Shown: positions 1-10,056 of the stretch, one piece after another | Numbering within the stretch: the stretch's first letter is position 1 | Layout: each line of letters begins with the position of its first letter | From: an uncultured Oscillospiraceae bacterium | GTDB taxonomy: Bacteria > Bacillota > Clostridia > Oscillospirales > Acutalibacteraceae | Direction of reading: 5' to 3' | Length of the DNA: 64,000 bases | NCBI GenBank assembly: GCA_900543215.1 | Contig: UQQR01000005.1 | Span: 18,769 to 82,768 of the forward strand | Made by a program: the position numbers and the translations under genes | Notes under the pieces: generated by a model | The model's database searches: none | What the model saw: only the letters and a program-made list of their open reading frames with translations | What the model was told of the DNA's origin: nothing

Positions 1-1020
1 GTCTCCCGCAAATATTCCGGTTATTGCCGTAAGCATATTCGGTATATTTTTATGGATAACGCAAATACGGTTTTCACCGCTTCTGGGCATTGTGATTTCG
101 GGAAGATTTACCGAGTTTACTATATTTCCGTTTTCAATATAGTCGATAAGCTCTCTTGCCGCCATTCCGGCGCAGTTTTCCTCGGATTCGGGTGTTGAAG
201 CACCGAGATGCGGTATTGCTATAACCCCGTCCACACCCAAAATATCGTCCGACGGGAAGTCCGTAACATAGGAAGCTACCTTGCCTGACTCAAGCGCCGA
301 TTTCAAAGCGGCGTTATCCACAAGTCCGCCCCTTGCAAAATTAAGAATACGCACGCCGTCCTTCATTTTTGCTATCGCTTCGGCGTTTATCAGGTTTTTG
401 GTGGAATCGGTAAGCGGAACATGCACCGTAATATAATCGCATTTCTCAAATATTTCGTTAATATCAAAGATATGAACGGTGTTATGGGTAAGGTTCCACG
501 CCGATTTCACCGAAAGGTACGGGTCGTAGCCGTATACCTTCATTCCGAGAGCATTGGCGGCATTTGCAACCATAACGCCGATTGCTCCGAGACCGATTAC
601 GCCGAGGGTCTTATTCTTAATTTCGGGACCCGCAAAAGCTCCTTTACCCTTTTCGACCATCTTACCGACCTCTGCACCGTTGCCCTTGAGCGTTTTCGCC
701 CATTCAATACCCGAGATAACACGGCGCGAGCCTATCAGAAGTCCCGCAAGTACAAGCTCCTTTACGGCGTTTGCGTTGGCACCGGGTGTATTGAAGACCA
801 CTATTCCCTTTTCGGAGCAACGGTCTATCGGAATATTGTTGGTACCGGCCCCCGCCCTTGCGATAGCCTTTAAGGTTTCGGGAAACTCTGTATCGTGAAG
901 CGAAGCGGAACGGACTATTGCGCCGTCTGCGTTTTCCACCTCGTCGCCCACGGTATATTTATCGTCAAATACATCAAGACCGACCTTTGAGATCTTGTTA
1001 TAAGTTTTGATCTTATACAT
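1..1020 (-). CDS. serA: D-3-phosphoglycerate dehydrogenase (2-hydroxyacid dehydrogenase family), 3' partial; C-terminus lies beyond window start
   Basis: Minus-strand translation from ATG at 1018-1020 gives MYKIKTYNKISKVGLDVFDD... with the NAD-binding motif GKTLGVIGLGAIG (rc of about 560-620). The start overlaps the serC stop (ATGA). The plus-strand ORFs 421-873 and 554-898 are shadow ORFs. Confidence 0.8.
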   Translation of the reverse strand, partial: MYKIKTYNKISKVGLDVFDDKYTVGDEVENADGAIVRSASLHDTEFPETLKAIARAGAGTNNIPIDRCSEKGIVVFNTPGANANAVKELVLAGLLIGSRRVISGIEWAKTLKGNGAEVGKMVEKGKGAFAGPEIKNKTLGVIGLGAIGVMVANAANALGMKVYGYDPYLSVKSAWNLTHNTVHIFDINEIFEKCDYITVHVPLTDSTKNLINAEAIAKMKDGVRILNFARGGLVDNAALKSALESGKVASYVTDFPSDDILGVDGVIAIPHLGASTPESEENCAGMAARELIDYIENGNIVNSVNLPEITMPRSGENRICVIHKNIPNMLTAITGIFAGD

Positions 1021-2117
1021 CAGGCGTTTTCCTCCTCGAATTTCTTCATAAACTCTACGAGCTTGCGAACACCCTCTGTCGGCATTGCGTTGTATATAGA
1101 AGCACGCATACCCCCGACAGTTCTGTGACCCTTAACATTCACAAAGCCTGCCTTTTTAGCTTCGGCTACAAATTTAGCGTCCAATTCTTCATTTCCCGTT
1201 ACAAACGGAACATTCATCAAAGAACGGTCCTCGGGTACTACCGTACCTTTAAACAGACGGCTTTCATCAAGAAAATCATAAAGAATTTTTGCTTTTTCTT
1301 CGTTTATCTTCTTCATGGCTTCAAGTCCGCCGATCTTTTTAAGCCACTTAAAGGTAAGTCCCGCGATATATATTGCATAGCAGGGCGGCGTATTAAACAT
1401 TGAACCGTTTTCCGCATGGGTGGCGTAGTTAAGCATAGTCGGCGTAATATCCATAGCGTTTCCGACAAGGTCTTTACGGATAATAACAATAGTTACGCCT
1501 GCCGGAGCGACATTCTTCTGTGCACCGGCGTAGAGCACGCCGAATTTTTTAACATCAATAGGCTCCGACAAAATGCAGCTTGAAATATCCGCAACAAGCG
1601 GTACATTACCCGTATCGGGAATTTCATGATACTTGGTTCCGTAAATGGTGTTGTTCATACAAATATGAACATAATCAGCCTCGGGATCAAAGTCCTCGCG
1701 CTTTGTTTTAGGTATATAAGAATAGGTCTTATCGGCGCTTGAAGCCACGGCGCGAGCCTTGCCGTAACGGGCGGCCTCCTTATATGCCTTATTTGCCCAT
1801 TGACCTGTAATTATATAATCCGCCTTGCCGTTTTTATTCATAAGATTAAGCGGCACCATAGCAAACTGCGTTGACGCTCCGCCCTGTAAAAACAGAACAT
1901 AATAATCGTCCGGTATATTCATAAGCTCGCGGAGATTGGCCTCGGCCTCATCGAAAATAGCCTGATATTCCTTTGAGCGGTGTGACATTTCCATTACCGA
2001 CTGTCCGGTAGCTCCGTATTCAAGCATTTCCGCGGCGGCGGTTTTCAATACTTCCTCGGGAAGCATTGAAGGACCTGCGCTGAAATTATAAACTCTTGCC
2101 ATTAATTTTACCCCCAT
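1020..2117 (-). CDS. serC: phosphoserine aminotransferase
   Basis: 365 aa; MARVYNFSAGPSMLPEEVL... is a typical class V aminotransferase/SerC N-terminus. It is in an operon with serA. Confidence 0.9.
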   Translation of the reverse strand: MGVKLMARVYNFSAGPSMLPEEVLKTAAAEMLEYGATGQSVMEMSHRSKEYQAIFDEAEANLRELMNIPDDYYVLFLQGGASTQFAMVPLNLMNKNGKADYIITGQWANKAYKEAARYGKARAVASSADKTYSYIPKTKREDFDPEADYVHICMNNTIYGTKYHEIPDTGNVPLVADISSCILSEPIDVKKFGVLYAGAQKNVAPAGVTIVIIRKDLVGNAMDITPTMLNYATHAENGSMFNTPPCYAIYIAGLTFKWLKKIGGLEAMKKINEEKAKILYDFLDESRLFKGTVVPEDRSLMNVPFVTGNEELDAKFVAEAKKAGFVNVKGHRTVGGMRASIYNAMPTEGVRKLVEFMKKFEEENA

Positions 2118-2242
2118 AGTACTTTCGGTTTTTACCGATATTAAGTGATATGTATTACATTATATTCGTTGAATACCGTTTTGTCAATAAGTTTGTTAAG
2201 AACTTGTCAATAAATTTACGAAATCTTGCAAAATAACGGAAA

Positions 2243-2266
2243 TGTTTGTTATTTTATTAACAAACA
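2243..2266. promoter_or_regulatory. perfect 9-bp inverted repeat TGTTTGTTA-N6-TAACAAACA upstream of serC-serA; candidate operator
   Basis: Seen directly in the sequence. It lies in the 195-bp AT-rich leader between the serC start (2117) and the kinase stop (2312). A direct repeat TTGTCAATAA occurs at 2181 and 2204, and again at 6073. Confidence 0.3.
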
Positions 2267-2311
2267 AATGTCAGATAAAGAGGAACGGGAAGCCCATTCC
2301 TCTTTAAATTA

Positions 2312-3784
2312 TTATTTATTTAAAATTTTCACAAAATCGGCATAAGCCTTTTCCCAAGCCGCATTATCCTTCGGAGTATACTTCTTAAGCTCGGTTGAAT
2401 TTGAAACGGCGCGCCTTATTTCGGACAACCCGTTAAGCTCGCCGAGGGCGGCAAGCACCACCGCGATATTACCCATAACCGTAGCCTCGGACGGCCCCGC
2501 AAGCACCTGTACATTGCATGCGTCAGACGCCATCTGACACAAAAGCTTATCCTTTATGCCGCCGCCGAGGATATTTATTCTGTGATATTCCTTGCTGCTC
2601 ATTTCGGCAAGCTTGTTAAATGCATGCTTATACTTCATAGCAAGGCTCTGATAAATACAGCGCATTATCTCGCCCCTGTTCTGCGGAACATACTGTCCTG
2701 TACGACGGCAGAATTCCACTACCCTCTTAGGGAGATTTCCGGCAGTTTCAAAGGCAGGGTCGTCAACATCTATGAAGCATTTGAACGGTTCGGCGCCGAG
2801 AGCCTCCTTTTCAAGCTGGTCAAATCCTACATCGTCGCCTTCCCGTTTCCACTGACGGCGAGATTCTTGTATAAGCCAAAGACCCATTATATTTTTAAGG
2901 AAACGGATAGTTCCGTCATAGCCGCCTTCGTTTGTAAAGTTAAGCTCCGCCGCCTGTGAAGTAAGTATCGGGTCCTTCGACTCTATACCAAGAAGGCTCC
3001 AGGTACCGCAGCTTATGTATACGAAATCGTCCGTCTCACTCGGGGTTGCAACAACGGCAGACGCCGTATCGTGTCCGCACGCCGCAACAACCGGCACCTT
3101 TTTACAGCCAAGCTCCTCACATATTTCGTCGGAAAGCATACCGTATACTTCGCCGGGTTTTATAACATCCGCAAAAATGCTTTCGGGCAGACCGAGCTTT
3201 TTAATCAGCTCTCTGGCCCAGTCCTTTCTATACGGGTCAAAGAGGTTTGAGGTGGAAGCAATGGTGGCTTCCTCCTTTATTTCACCTGTAAGCATATAAG
3301 CAACCAGGTCGGGTATCATCAACATCTTTTCAGCGTTTTTAAGCTGTTCGGGCTCGTGATTTTTAAGGTACATAAGCTGATACAGGGTGTTGATACGCAT
3401 ACACTGTATACCGGTTCTTGAATAGATTTCATCCTGCGAAACGGTTTTAAAGGTTTCCTCAAGCATACCCTCGGTACGGGTATCGCGGTAATGAACGGGA
3501 TTGCCTATAAGCTTGCCCCTTTTATCTATAAGTCCGTAATCGACGCCCCATGTGTCTATGCCGATTGCGTCAAAGCCGCCAGAATTTACCGCCTTTGTAA
3601 TCCCCGTCTTAATCTCGAAAAACAGGCGCAATATATCCCAGTACATTGTTCCGTTTACTATGACCGTATCGTTACTGAAACGGTGTATTTCCTGCATATT
3701 GATTTTGCCGTCCGAGTATTCCGCAAGCATGGCTCTGCCGCTCGAAGCGCCGAAATCGAAAGAAAGTATCTTTTTCATAAGCAC
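2312..3784 (-). CDS. FGGY-family carbohydrate kinase, rhamnulokinase-like
   Basis: 490 aa. N-terminal FDFGASSGR phosphate-1 motif, and overall length and pattern typical of RhaB-type rhamnulokinases. Confidence 0.7.
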   Translation of the reverse strand: MLMKKILSFDFGASSGRAMLAEYSDGKINMQEIHRFSNDTVIVNGTMYWDILRLFFEIKTGITKAVNSGGFDAIGIDTWGVDYGLIDKRGKLIGNPVHYRDTRTEGMLEETFKTVSQDEIYSRTGIQCMRINTLYQLMYLKNHEPEQLKNAEKMLMIPDLVAYMLTGEIKEEATIASTSNLFDPYRKDWARELIKKLGLPESIFADVIKPGEVYGMLSDEICEELGCKKVPVVAACGHDTASAVVATPSETDDFVYISCGTWSLLGIESKDPILTSQAAELNFTNEGGYDGTIRFLKNIMGLWLIQESRRQWKREGDDVGFDQLEKEALGAEPFKCFIDVDDPAFETAGNLPKRVVEFCRRTGQYVPQNRGEIMRCIYQSLAMKYKHAFNKLAEMSSKEYHRINILGGGIKDKLLCQMASDACNVQVLAGPSEATVMGNIAVVLAALGELNGLSEIRRAVSNSTELKKYTPKDNAAWEKAYADFVKILNK

Positions 3785-3901
3785 CCTCCAAGGTAAAATA
3801 TCTCTATTCGATTATATCAGATTAAAAACGCCGTGTCTATGTCCTATATTCACATAATTTGTAACTTGAATTATACATGAAAAACCAATATAATTGATAC
3901 G

Positions 3902-4933
3902 GTGATTGATTTGTGGGAATATCTTAAAACCGCCGATAAACCGATAGTGCTTTACGGAATGGGCAACGGCGCGGACAAAATCATTTCGGTGCTTGAGTCT
4001 TACGGAATAAAATACAGCGGCGTATTTGCGACAGACGGCTTTGTCCGTGATAAATACTTTCATGGCATGAAGCTTACATCATACGGTAAGCTTAAGGAAA
4101 AGTACGGGAATATGATAGTGCTTGTCTGCTTCGGCAGCGCAAGACCGGAGGTAATAGAAAATATCAAGCGTATCGCCGCGAAGCAAGAGCTGTATGCGCC
4201 CGATGTTCCTGTGTACGGCGGCGGTTTGTTCACAAAAGAGTATGCAAAAAATCACCGTGCGGAGCTTGAATATGTATACAGCCGCCTTGCTGACGAAAAA
4301 TCAAGAGAAACCTTTAAAAATGTTATAGAATACAAGATAACGGGAAAACCTGAATATCTTTTTGTCTGCGAAGCCGATACCGACGAGCCGTATAAAAGCT
4401 TTTTAAGGCTTTCGGGAAACGAGCGTTTTTTCGATTTAGGGGCATATAACGGCGACACGGTATCCGACTTTGTGGGGAGAACCGGCAGTTACGGCAGTAT
4501 CACCGCGGTTGAGCCCGACCCTAAAAATTTTAAAAAGCTTACCCGATTTGCGGAAGAATTACAGGATATACGCCTTATAAATGCCTGTATTTCTGACAAA
4601 AGCGGAGAAAAAAGCTTTTCTGTTCACGGCGGCAGAAATTCGACCGCCGGCATCGGTGAGCTTATCCGCTCCGTTACGGTAGATTCACTGTCCGAAGCCG
4701 CACCGCCCTCATACATTAAAATGGATATTGAGGGCAGCGAGCGTGAAGCGATAAAGGGGGCGGAAAATACAATTAAAGTCTATAAGCCTAAAATGCTTAT
4801 ATCCTGCTATCATCGCACCGAGGATTTGTTTAAGCTTCCTATCGAGGTCGATAAAATAAGAAATGATTATAAGCTTTATTTAAGACATTTCCCGTCAGTT
4901 CCCGCATGGGAAATGAATTATTATTTCATATAA
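3902..4933 (+). CDS. FkbM-family methyltransferase
   Basis: 343 aa. FDLGAYNGDT (SAM-binding Gly-rich loop) and IKMDIEGSE motifs characteristic of FkbM-domain methyltransferases. GTG start inferred. Confidence 0.7.
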   Translation: MIDLWEYLKTADKPIVLYGMGNGADKIISVLESYGIKYSGVFATDGFVRDKYFHGMKLTSYGKLKEKYGNMIVLVCFGSARPEVIENIKRIAAKQELYAPDVPVYGGGLFTKEYAKNHRAELEYVYSRLADEKSRETFKNVIEYKITGKPEYLFVCEADTDEPYKSFLRLSGNERFFDLGAYNGDTVSDFVGRTGSYGSITAVEPDPKNFKKLTRFAEELQDIRLINACISDKSGEKSFSVHGGRNSTAGIGELIRSVTVDSLSEAAPPSYIKMDIEGSEREAIKGAENTIKVYKPKMLISCYHRTEDLFKLPIEVDKIRNDYKLYLRHFPSVPAWEMNYYFI

Positions 4934-4962
4934 AAAAGCCCGACCTTTACGGTCGGGCTTTA
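4933..4962. terminator. bidirectional rho-independent terminator between FkbM MTase (+) and rpsR (-)
   Basis: AAAAAGCCCGACC-tttac-GGTCGGGCTTT: an 11-bp GC-rich stem flanked by A- and T-tracts. Confidence 0.6.
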
Positions 4963-4968
4963 AGCTTA

Positions 4969-5214
4969 TTAATCGTTTACATAAGGAAGCAAAGCGATCT
5001 GACGGGCACGCTTAATAGCGGTGGTAAGCTCACGCTGGTGAGCGGCGCAGGTGCCGGTTGCTCTGCGGGGGAGAATCTTTGCACGCTCTGAAATGAACTT
5101 GCGAAGACGAGCCACATCCTTATAATCAATAGCTTCAACACGCTCAACACAGAAATGGCAAACTTTCTTGCGTGCTTTTCTGTGCATCGGTCTATCGTTT
5201 CTCTCGTTTTCCAT
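4969..5214 (-). CDS. rpsR: 30S ribosomal protein S18
   Basis: 81 aa; CHFCVE...[50 protein letters not shown] is canonical S18. Confidence 0.9.
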   Translation of the reverse strand: MENERNDRPMHRKARKKVCHFCVERVEAIDYKDVARLRKFISERAKILPRRATGTCAAHQRELTTAIKRARQIALLPYVND

Positions 5215-5257
5215 GAAATAACCTCCCTATAAATGAGATTGAATAATTCAGCGATAA

Positions 5258-5680
5258 TTAAAACGGCAAATCGTCGTCCGATACATCGCCCAAATCAGCG
5301 AAATCATTAGTACCCGCATTGGTAAACGAAGCCGCAGGCTCGTTTCCTGCAGGAGCCGAGTCACGCTTCGACTCAACAAACTGGGCATTATTTACAACAA
5401 CCTCAAACGCTGTTCTGTTATTACCGTTTTTATCGGTATATTTACGGGTCTGAATAGAACCTTCTATACCTATCATATTGCCCTTTTTGAAGTATTTTGA
5501 AATAAACTCAGCGGTTTTGCGCCATGCAACGACATTAATAAAATCGGTCTGCTGTTCCTCACCTGTACGGTAGGGACGGGCAACAGCCAGCGAGAATGAA
5601 GTAACGGAAATTCCGCTTTGTGTAGTTTTAAGCTCAGGGTCGGCGGTAAGACGGCCGGTAAGAACCACTAAATTAAACAT
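5258..5680 (-). CDS. ssb: single-stranded DNA-binding protein
   Basis: 140 aa; OB-fold N-terminus (MFNLVVLTGRLTADPEL...), Gly/Asn-rich linker and acidic C-terminal tip DDDLPF. Confidence 0.9.
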   Translation of the reverse strand: MFNLVVLTGRLTADPELKTTQSGISVTSFSLAVARPYRTGEEQQTDFINVVAWRKTAEFISKYFKKGNMIGIEGSIQTRKYTDKNGNNRTAFEVVVNNAQFVESKRDSAPAGNEPAASFTNAGTNDFADLGDVSDDDLPF

Positions 5681-5691
5681 TCCTTTTCCTC

Positions 5692-5973
5692 CTACTTCTT
5701 AATTACCATGGCTCTTAAAACGCCGTCGGTAATCTTTGCGATACGCTCAAGCTCAGCAGGGAAAGCCGGTTCGCTTTCGAAAGTGAAGAACACATAGTAT
5801 CCCTCTGCCTCGTCGTTAATGAGATAAGCCAAGCGGCGCTTGCCCCAATCATCAACATTCTCGATAGTACCGTTCTTAGCGATAAGGTCATTGAACTTTT
5901 CCTTTAAAGCGGCAGTGGCATCCTCACCCTGTGCTACTGAAAGAACAATGGCTGCTTCGTACTTGTTGGTCAT
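5692..5973 (-). CDS. rpsF: 30S ribosomal protein S6
   Basis: Start reassigned to the internal Met (MTNKYEAAIVL...), which is preceded by AAAGGAGGTG at 7-nt spacing. Classic rpsF-ssb-rpsR operon order. Confidence 0.85.
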   Translation of the reverse strand: MTNKYEAAIVLSVAQGEDATAALKEKFNDLIAKNGTIENVDDWGKRRLAYLINDEAEGYYVFFTFESEPAFPAELERIAKITDGVLRAMVIKK

Positions 5974-6150
5974 TTCTTTGCACCTCCTTTTGGACTTTTG
6001 GTCCTGCAAAAATTGCAGAACAAGGAGCTAATTATTTAATCAGCATTTTGTATTATACCAGTATTTTTTTCCGTTGTCAATAAAATTGTTGATTTTATGC
6101 GCCGTTTTCAATATAATATAGGTGTAATATTTAAAAGGACGGTGTAAATA

Positions 6151-6918
6151 ATGCTGCTCACCATTGATATAGGCAACACAAATGTCACCTTAGGCGCCTT
6201 TGACGGCAACATTCTCTCGTTCACCGCCAGACTTGCGACAGATGTTGGCAAAACCGCCGACCAGTACGCGGTTGAAATCAAGGAAGTGCTCGGTCTCTAC
6301 GGTCAGAATTACGAAAATATTGAGGACTGTATTATTTCCTCGGTTGTGCCCTCCGTAGGAAACAGCATAGCAGGGGCGGTATCAAAGCTTTGTCAAATAG
6401 TTCCGCTGATGCTGGGTCCGGGTGTTAAAACCGGTCTCAATATAAAAATAGACAATCCGGCGCAGCTTGGTGCCGACCTTGTGGCAGGCGCTGTCGGTGC
6501 GCTTGAAGAGTATACAATGCCGTGTGTAATAATAGATATGGGTACTGCCACAACCCTTAGCGTGCTTGATAAAAACGGTTCGTTTTTGGGCGGAGCCATT
6601 GCGGCAGGCGTGCGGCTGACCCTTAAAGCACTTGCCGAAAACACGGCGCAGCTCACCTCTATACCCATAACCGCACCGCCGTCCGCCATCGGTTCAAACA
6701 CGGTTGAATGTATGCAGTCGGGTCTTGTTTACGGCACCGCCGCAATGCTTGACGGTATGCTTGACAAGATAAGCGATGAGCTCGGCGAAATATCCACGGT
6801 GGTTGCAACAGGCGGAATGTCAAAGGAAATAATTTCCTATTGCAGACACAGCATTATATATAATGAAAACCTCTTGCTTGAGGGCTTGCGTGTAATATAC
6901 GAAAAAAATCTGAAATAA
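6151..6918 (+). CDS. coaX: type III pantothenate kinase
   Basis: 255 aa; MLLTIDIGNTNVTLGAF... acetate/sugar-kinase fold, CoaX family. Confidence 0.9.
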   Translation: MLLTIDIGNTNVTLGAFDGNILSFTARLATDVGKTADQYAVEIKEVLGLYGQNYENIEDCIISSVVPSVGNSIAGAVSKLCQIVPLMLGPGVKTGLNIKIDNPAQLGADLVAGAVGALEEYTMPCVIIDMGTATTLSVLDKNGSFLGGAIAAGVRLTLKALAENTAQLTSIPITAPPSAIGSNTVECMQSGLVYGTAAMLDGMLDKISDELGEISTVVATGGMSKEIISYCRHSIIYNENLLLEGLRVIYEKNLK

Positions 6919-7001
6919 CCGCAGCTTTTGCGGATAACATATATTATATTATGAACTCTACCTTTAGTACGAATAATAAGGAGAGTATCGGAGGTAATCT
7001 T

Positions 7002-7595
7002 ATGTCAAAAAAGCCAAATGTCAAAAAAATCGCGGTCCTATCAATACTTTCGGCAATAACGGTGATCGTCGCCTTTATTCCGCTTAAGACACTCGGACTG
7101 GAAATCACCTTTACAATGATACCCGTAGCGGTGGGCGCTGTGCTTTACGGTCCGTCGGGCGGTGCGCTGATAGGCGGCGTGTTCGGCGCGGTCTCGTTTC
7201 TTCAGTGCCTCGGTTACAGTCCGTTCGGCGCCGCACTTCTTGCCATCAACCCGTTTTACACCTTTATTGTTTGTGTTCCCACCCGTATTTTAGCAGGTCT
7301 TTTAGCCGGTGTAATTTACAGATTGCTCAAAAAAAGCTTTAAAAGCGATATTCCGGCGCTTCTTGTTTCTTCACTTGCCACACCGGTTTTCAATACGCTT
7401 TTCTTTATGTCGTCCTTAACCCTGTTTTTCTACAAAACGGATTATCTGCAAGGCTATGTAAGCGGACTCGGCGCCGCAAATCCAGTGACCTTTATACTGC
7501 TGTTTGTAGGTATTAACGGTCTTGTTGAAATTATATGCGGCTTTGCGGTTGCTTTCCCGTGTGCAAAAGCGCTTTCAAAATATTTAAAGCTGTAA
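7002..7595 (+). CDS. ECF-transporter substrate-capture (S) component, possibly pantothenate-specific by context
   Basis: Start moved to the MSKKPNV Met, which is preceded by GGAGGT. About 6 TM helices, and the ECF-S-like N-terminal motif IAVLSILSAITVIVAFIP. It lies downstream of coaX. Confidence 0.55.
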   Translation: MSKKPNVKKIAVLSILSAITVIVAFIPLKTLGLEITFTMIPVAVGAVLYGPSGGALIGGVFGAVSFLQCLGYSPFGAALLAINPFYTFIVCVPTRILAGLLAGVIYRLLKKSFKSDIPALLVSSLATPVFNTLFFMSSLTLFFYKTDYLQGYVSGLGAANPVTFILLFVGINGLVEIICGFAVAFPCAKALSKYLKL

Positions 7596-7600
7596 AAACG

Positions 7601-7640
7601 CAGCCGTGGTCTCCGAACGGATACCACGGCTTTATTGTAT
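7601..7640 (+). terminator. rho-independent terminator of the ECF S-component gene
   Basis: GCCGTGGT-ctccgaacggat-ACCACGGC followed by TTTATTGTATT. Confidence 0.6.
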
Positions 7641-8340
7641 TGAGAAAACCACCTGCTAAGCAGGTGGTTCCAAAGAGGCTTTTGCCGATGAGCAAAAAAG
7701 AAGCTCCTATGGTATAATGCAAGCGGTCTGTCAACCACAAGCGTTAAAACATAGGAGGTCAATTATGAAAATCGACAAAAGTAGTATAGCACACACAGCA
7801 TGGAATTGCAAATATCATATAGTTTTTGCACCAAAGTATAGAAGACAAGTAATCTACGGAAAGATAAAATCAGACATAGGACAAATAATAAGGAAATTGT
7901 GCGAATGGAAGGGAGTAGAAATTATTGAAGCCGAAGCCTGTCCCGACCATATACATCTTTTAGTGTCAATACCACCAAAGATAAGTGTATCAAGTTTTAT
8001 GGGATATCTAAAAGGTAAAAGCAGTTTAATGATTTTTGACAAACACGCAAATCTAAAATACCGATACGGAAACCGAGAATTTTGGTGTAGAGGATATTAT
8101 GTAGATACCGTAGGAAAGAACAAAAAGGCAATAGCAGAATATATACGGAATCAATTACAAGAAGATTTAGCGTACGAACAAATGAGTATAAAAGAATTGG
8201 TTGACCCGTTTACGGGTGAGCCAGTTAAGGCAAGCAAAAAATAACCAACCGCTTTAGCGGTAGCTAAGAGTCCGCTTGCGGTTGGCAGATTATTCGGTGG
8301 ACTTTCAGTCCAGCCGGTAACAGCGGCTTATAGCCGCAGA
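7641..8340 (+). mobile_element. IS200/IS605-family insertion sequence (tnpA only, about 700 bp)
   Basis: Left-end perfect hairpin ACCACCTGC-taa-GCAGGTGGT (7649-7669). Right-end nested hairpins CCAACCGC..GCGGTTGG and CCGC-ttta-GCGG (8247-8282). It encodes a Y1 HUH transposase and has no tnpB. Confidence 0.7.
7765..8244 (+). CDS. tnpA: IS200/IS605 family transposase TnpA (Y1 HUH)
   Basis: MKIDKSSIAHTAWNCKYHIVFAPKYRRQV...HIHLLVSIPPK (HuH motif) ...FWCRGYYVDTVG (catalytic Tyr). RBS ATAGGAGGT 5 nt upstream of the ATG at 7765. Confidence 0.85.
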   Translation: MKIDKSSIAHTAWNCKYHIVFAPKYRRQVIYGKIKSDIGQIIRKLCEWKGVEIIEAEACPDHIHLLVSIPPKISVSSFMGYLKGKSSLMIFDKHANLKYRYGNREFWCRGYYVDTVGKNKKAIAEYIRNQLQEDLAYEQMSIKELVDPFTGEPVKASKK

Positions 8341-8374
8341 GCAAACTACCGGCTTAGCCGGTAGTTATGATTAT

Positions 8375-10051
8375 TTAAAACAGTCCTGTTATTCTGCCGT
8401 TTTCATCAACATCAATTTGTTCGGCGGCAGGTTTTTTAGGAAGTCCCGGCATTGTCATTATATCCCCCGTAAGCACGACTATAAATCCAGCTCCCGCGGA
8501 TATTTTAACATTCCTTACAGTTACGGTAAAGTCTTCGGGGGCGCCTAAAAGCGCCGGATCGTCGGAAAAGCTGTACTGCGTTTTGGCAATACACACGGGC
8601 AGTCCCGAAAAGCCGAGCCTTGAAAACTTTTCTATTTGCTTTTCAGCCGCAGGGAGAACCGTTATTCCCTTTCCGCCGTACACCTTTTTTACCACGGCGG
8701 CAATTTTTTCTTCAATGCTGTCGGAAAGCTCATAGCTGTATGTGAAATCGCCCTTTTCTTCTTCGCAAAGCCGCATGACTTCTCTTGCGAGAGCCTCGCC
8801 GCCCTTACCGCCGTCCGCCCAGACGGTCGAAAGCACCGTATTAACTCCAAGCTCCCTGCATTTCTCAATAACAAAGTTTATTTCCCTGTCGGTATCTGTC
8901 GGGAAGCGGTTTACGGCAACCGTACAGGGCAGTTTGTATACATTTTTAATATTGGAAATATGCCTTAACAAATTAGGTATGCCCTTTTCAAGCGCTTCGG
9001 TATTCTCGGTATCAAGACTTTTTTTATCAAGTCCGCCGTGCATTTTAAGCGCGCGCACGGTAGCGACCACAACCACAGCGGAGGGAGTAAGTCCGGCCGT
9101 TCTGCATTTAATATCAAGGAATTTTTCGGCTCCCAAATCCGCGCCGAAGCCTGCCTCGGTAACCGCATAGTCGGCAAGCCTTAAAGCCATTCGTGTTGCG
9201 ATTACTGAATTGCACCCGTGCGCTATATTTGCAAACGGTCCGCCGTGTACAAGTGCAGGGGTTCCCTCAAGCGTCTGCACCAGATTCGGTTTAATTGCGT
9301 CTTTAAGGAGCGCCGCCATAGCGCCCTGAGCTTTAAGGTCGGCGCAGGTGACGGGAGCATCATCATAGGTGTAGCCCACAATAATTCTCGCAAGCCTTTC
9401 TTTTAAATCGGTTACCGAATCAGCGAGGCAAAGCACCGCCATAATTTCGCTTGCTACGGTTATATCGAAACCGTCCTCCCTCGGTACTCCGTTTGCCGTG
9501 CCGCCCAAGCCGTCTACGATGTTCCTTAGCTGTCGGTCATTCATATCCACACAGCGTTTCCAGGTTATTTTGCGTACATCGATATTAAGTTCGTTGCCCT
9601 GTTTTATATGGTTGTCAAGCATAGCCGCAAGCAGATTGTTCGCCGCACCGATAGCGTGGAAATCACCCGTAAAATGAAGATTGATGTCCTCCATCGGCAC
9701 GACCTGCGCATATCCGCCGCCGGCGGCTCCGCCCTTAATGCCGAAAACCGGTCCCAAAGACGGTTCCCTAAGTGCTGCTACGGCGTTTTTGCCTATTCTG
9801 CGAAGTCCGTCCGTAAGACCTATTGTTGTGGTGGTCTTGCCCTCGCCCGCGGGCGTCGGGGTAATGGCGGTTACAAGAATAAGCTTTCCGTCATTCCGTT
9901 TGCTGTTTTTTAAAGCGGAAAGCTCAATTTTCGCCTTGTATTTTCCGTATTGCTCAATATCGTTTTCATCAATACCGGCTCTTTTTGCTATTTCGGTTAT
10001 TTTTTCAAGCTTACAGCTCTGTGCTATTTCAATATCTGACAGCTGTTTCAA
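8375..10051 (-). CDS. fhs: formate--tetrahydrofolate ligase
   Basis: [16 protein letters not shown]-loop and full-length FTHFS similarity. Probable TTG start at 10051, 8 nt downstream of AAAGAGGAG. The ORF track's GTG start at 10060 has zero SD spacing. Confidence 0.9.
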   Translation of the reverse strand: MKQLSDIEIAQSCKLEKITEIAKRAGIDENDIEQYGKYKAKIELSALKNSKRNDGKLILVTAITPTPAGEGKTTTTIGLTDGLRRIGKNAVAALREPSLGPVFGIKGGAAGGGYAQVVPMEDINLHFTGDFHAIGAANNLLAAMLDNHIKQGNELNIDVRKITWKRCVDMNDRQLRNIVDGLGGTANGVPREDGFDITVASEIMAVLCLADSVTDLKERLARIIVGYTYDDAPVTCADLKAQGAMAALLKDAIKPNLVQTLEGTPALVHGGPFANIAHGCNSVIATRMALRLADYAVTEAGFGADLGAEKFLDIKCRTAGLTPSAVVVVATVRALKMHGGLDKKSLDTENTEALEKGIPNLLRHISNIKNVYKLPCTVAVNRFPTDTDREINFVIEKCRELGVNTVLSTVWADGGKGGEALAREVMRLCEEEKGDFTYSYELSDSIEEKIAAVVKKVYGGKGITVLPAAEKQIEKFSRLGFSGLPVCIAKTQYSFSDDPALLGAPEDFTVTVRNVKISAGAGFIVVLTGDIMTMPGLPKKPAAEQIDVDENGRITGLF

Positions 10052-10056
10052 GAAAA

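Noticed and set aside
421-898. Plus-strand ORFs 421-873 and 554-898
   Set aside because: They lie antisense to serA, whose minus-strand translation gives a clean NAD-binding dehydrogenase. The plus-strand products are Pro/Ala-rich low-complexity shadows.
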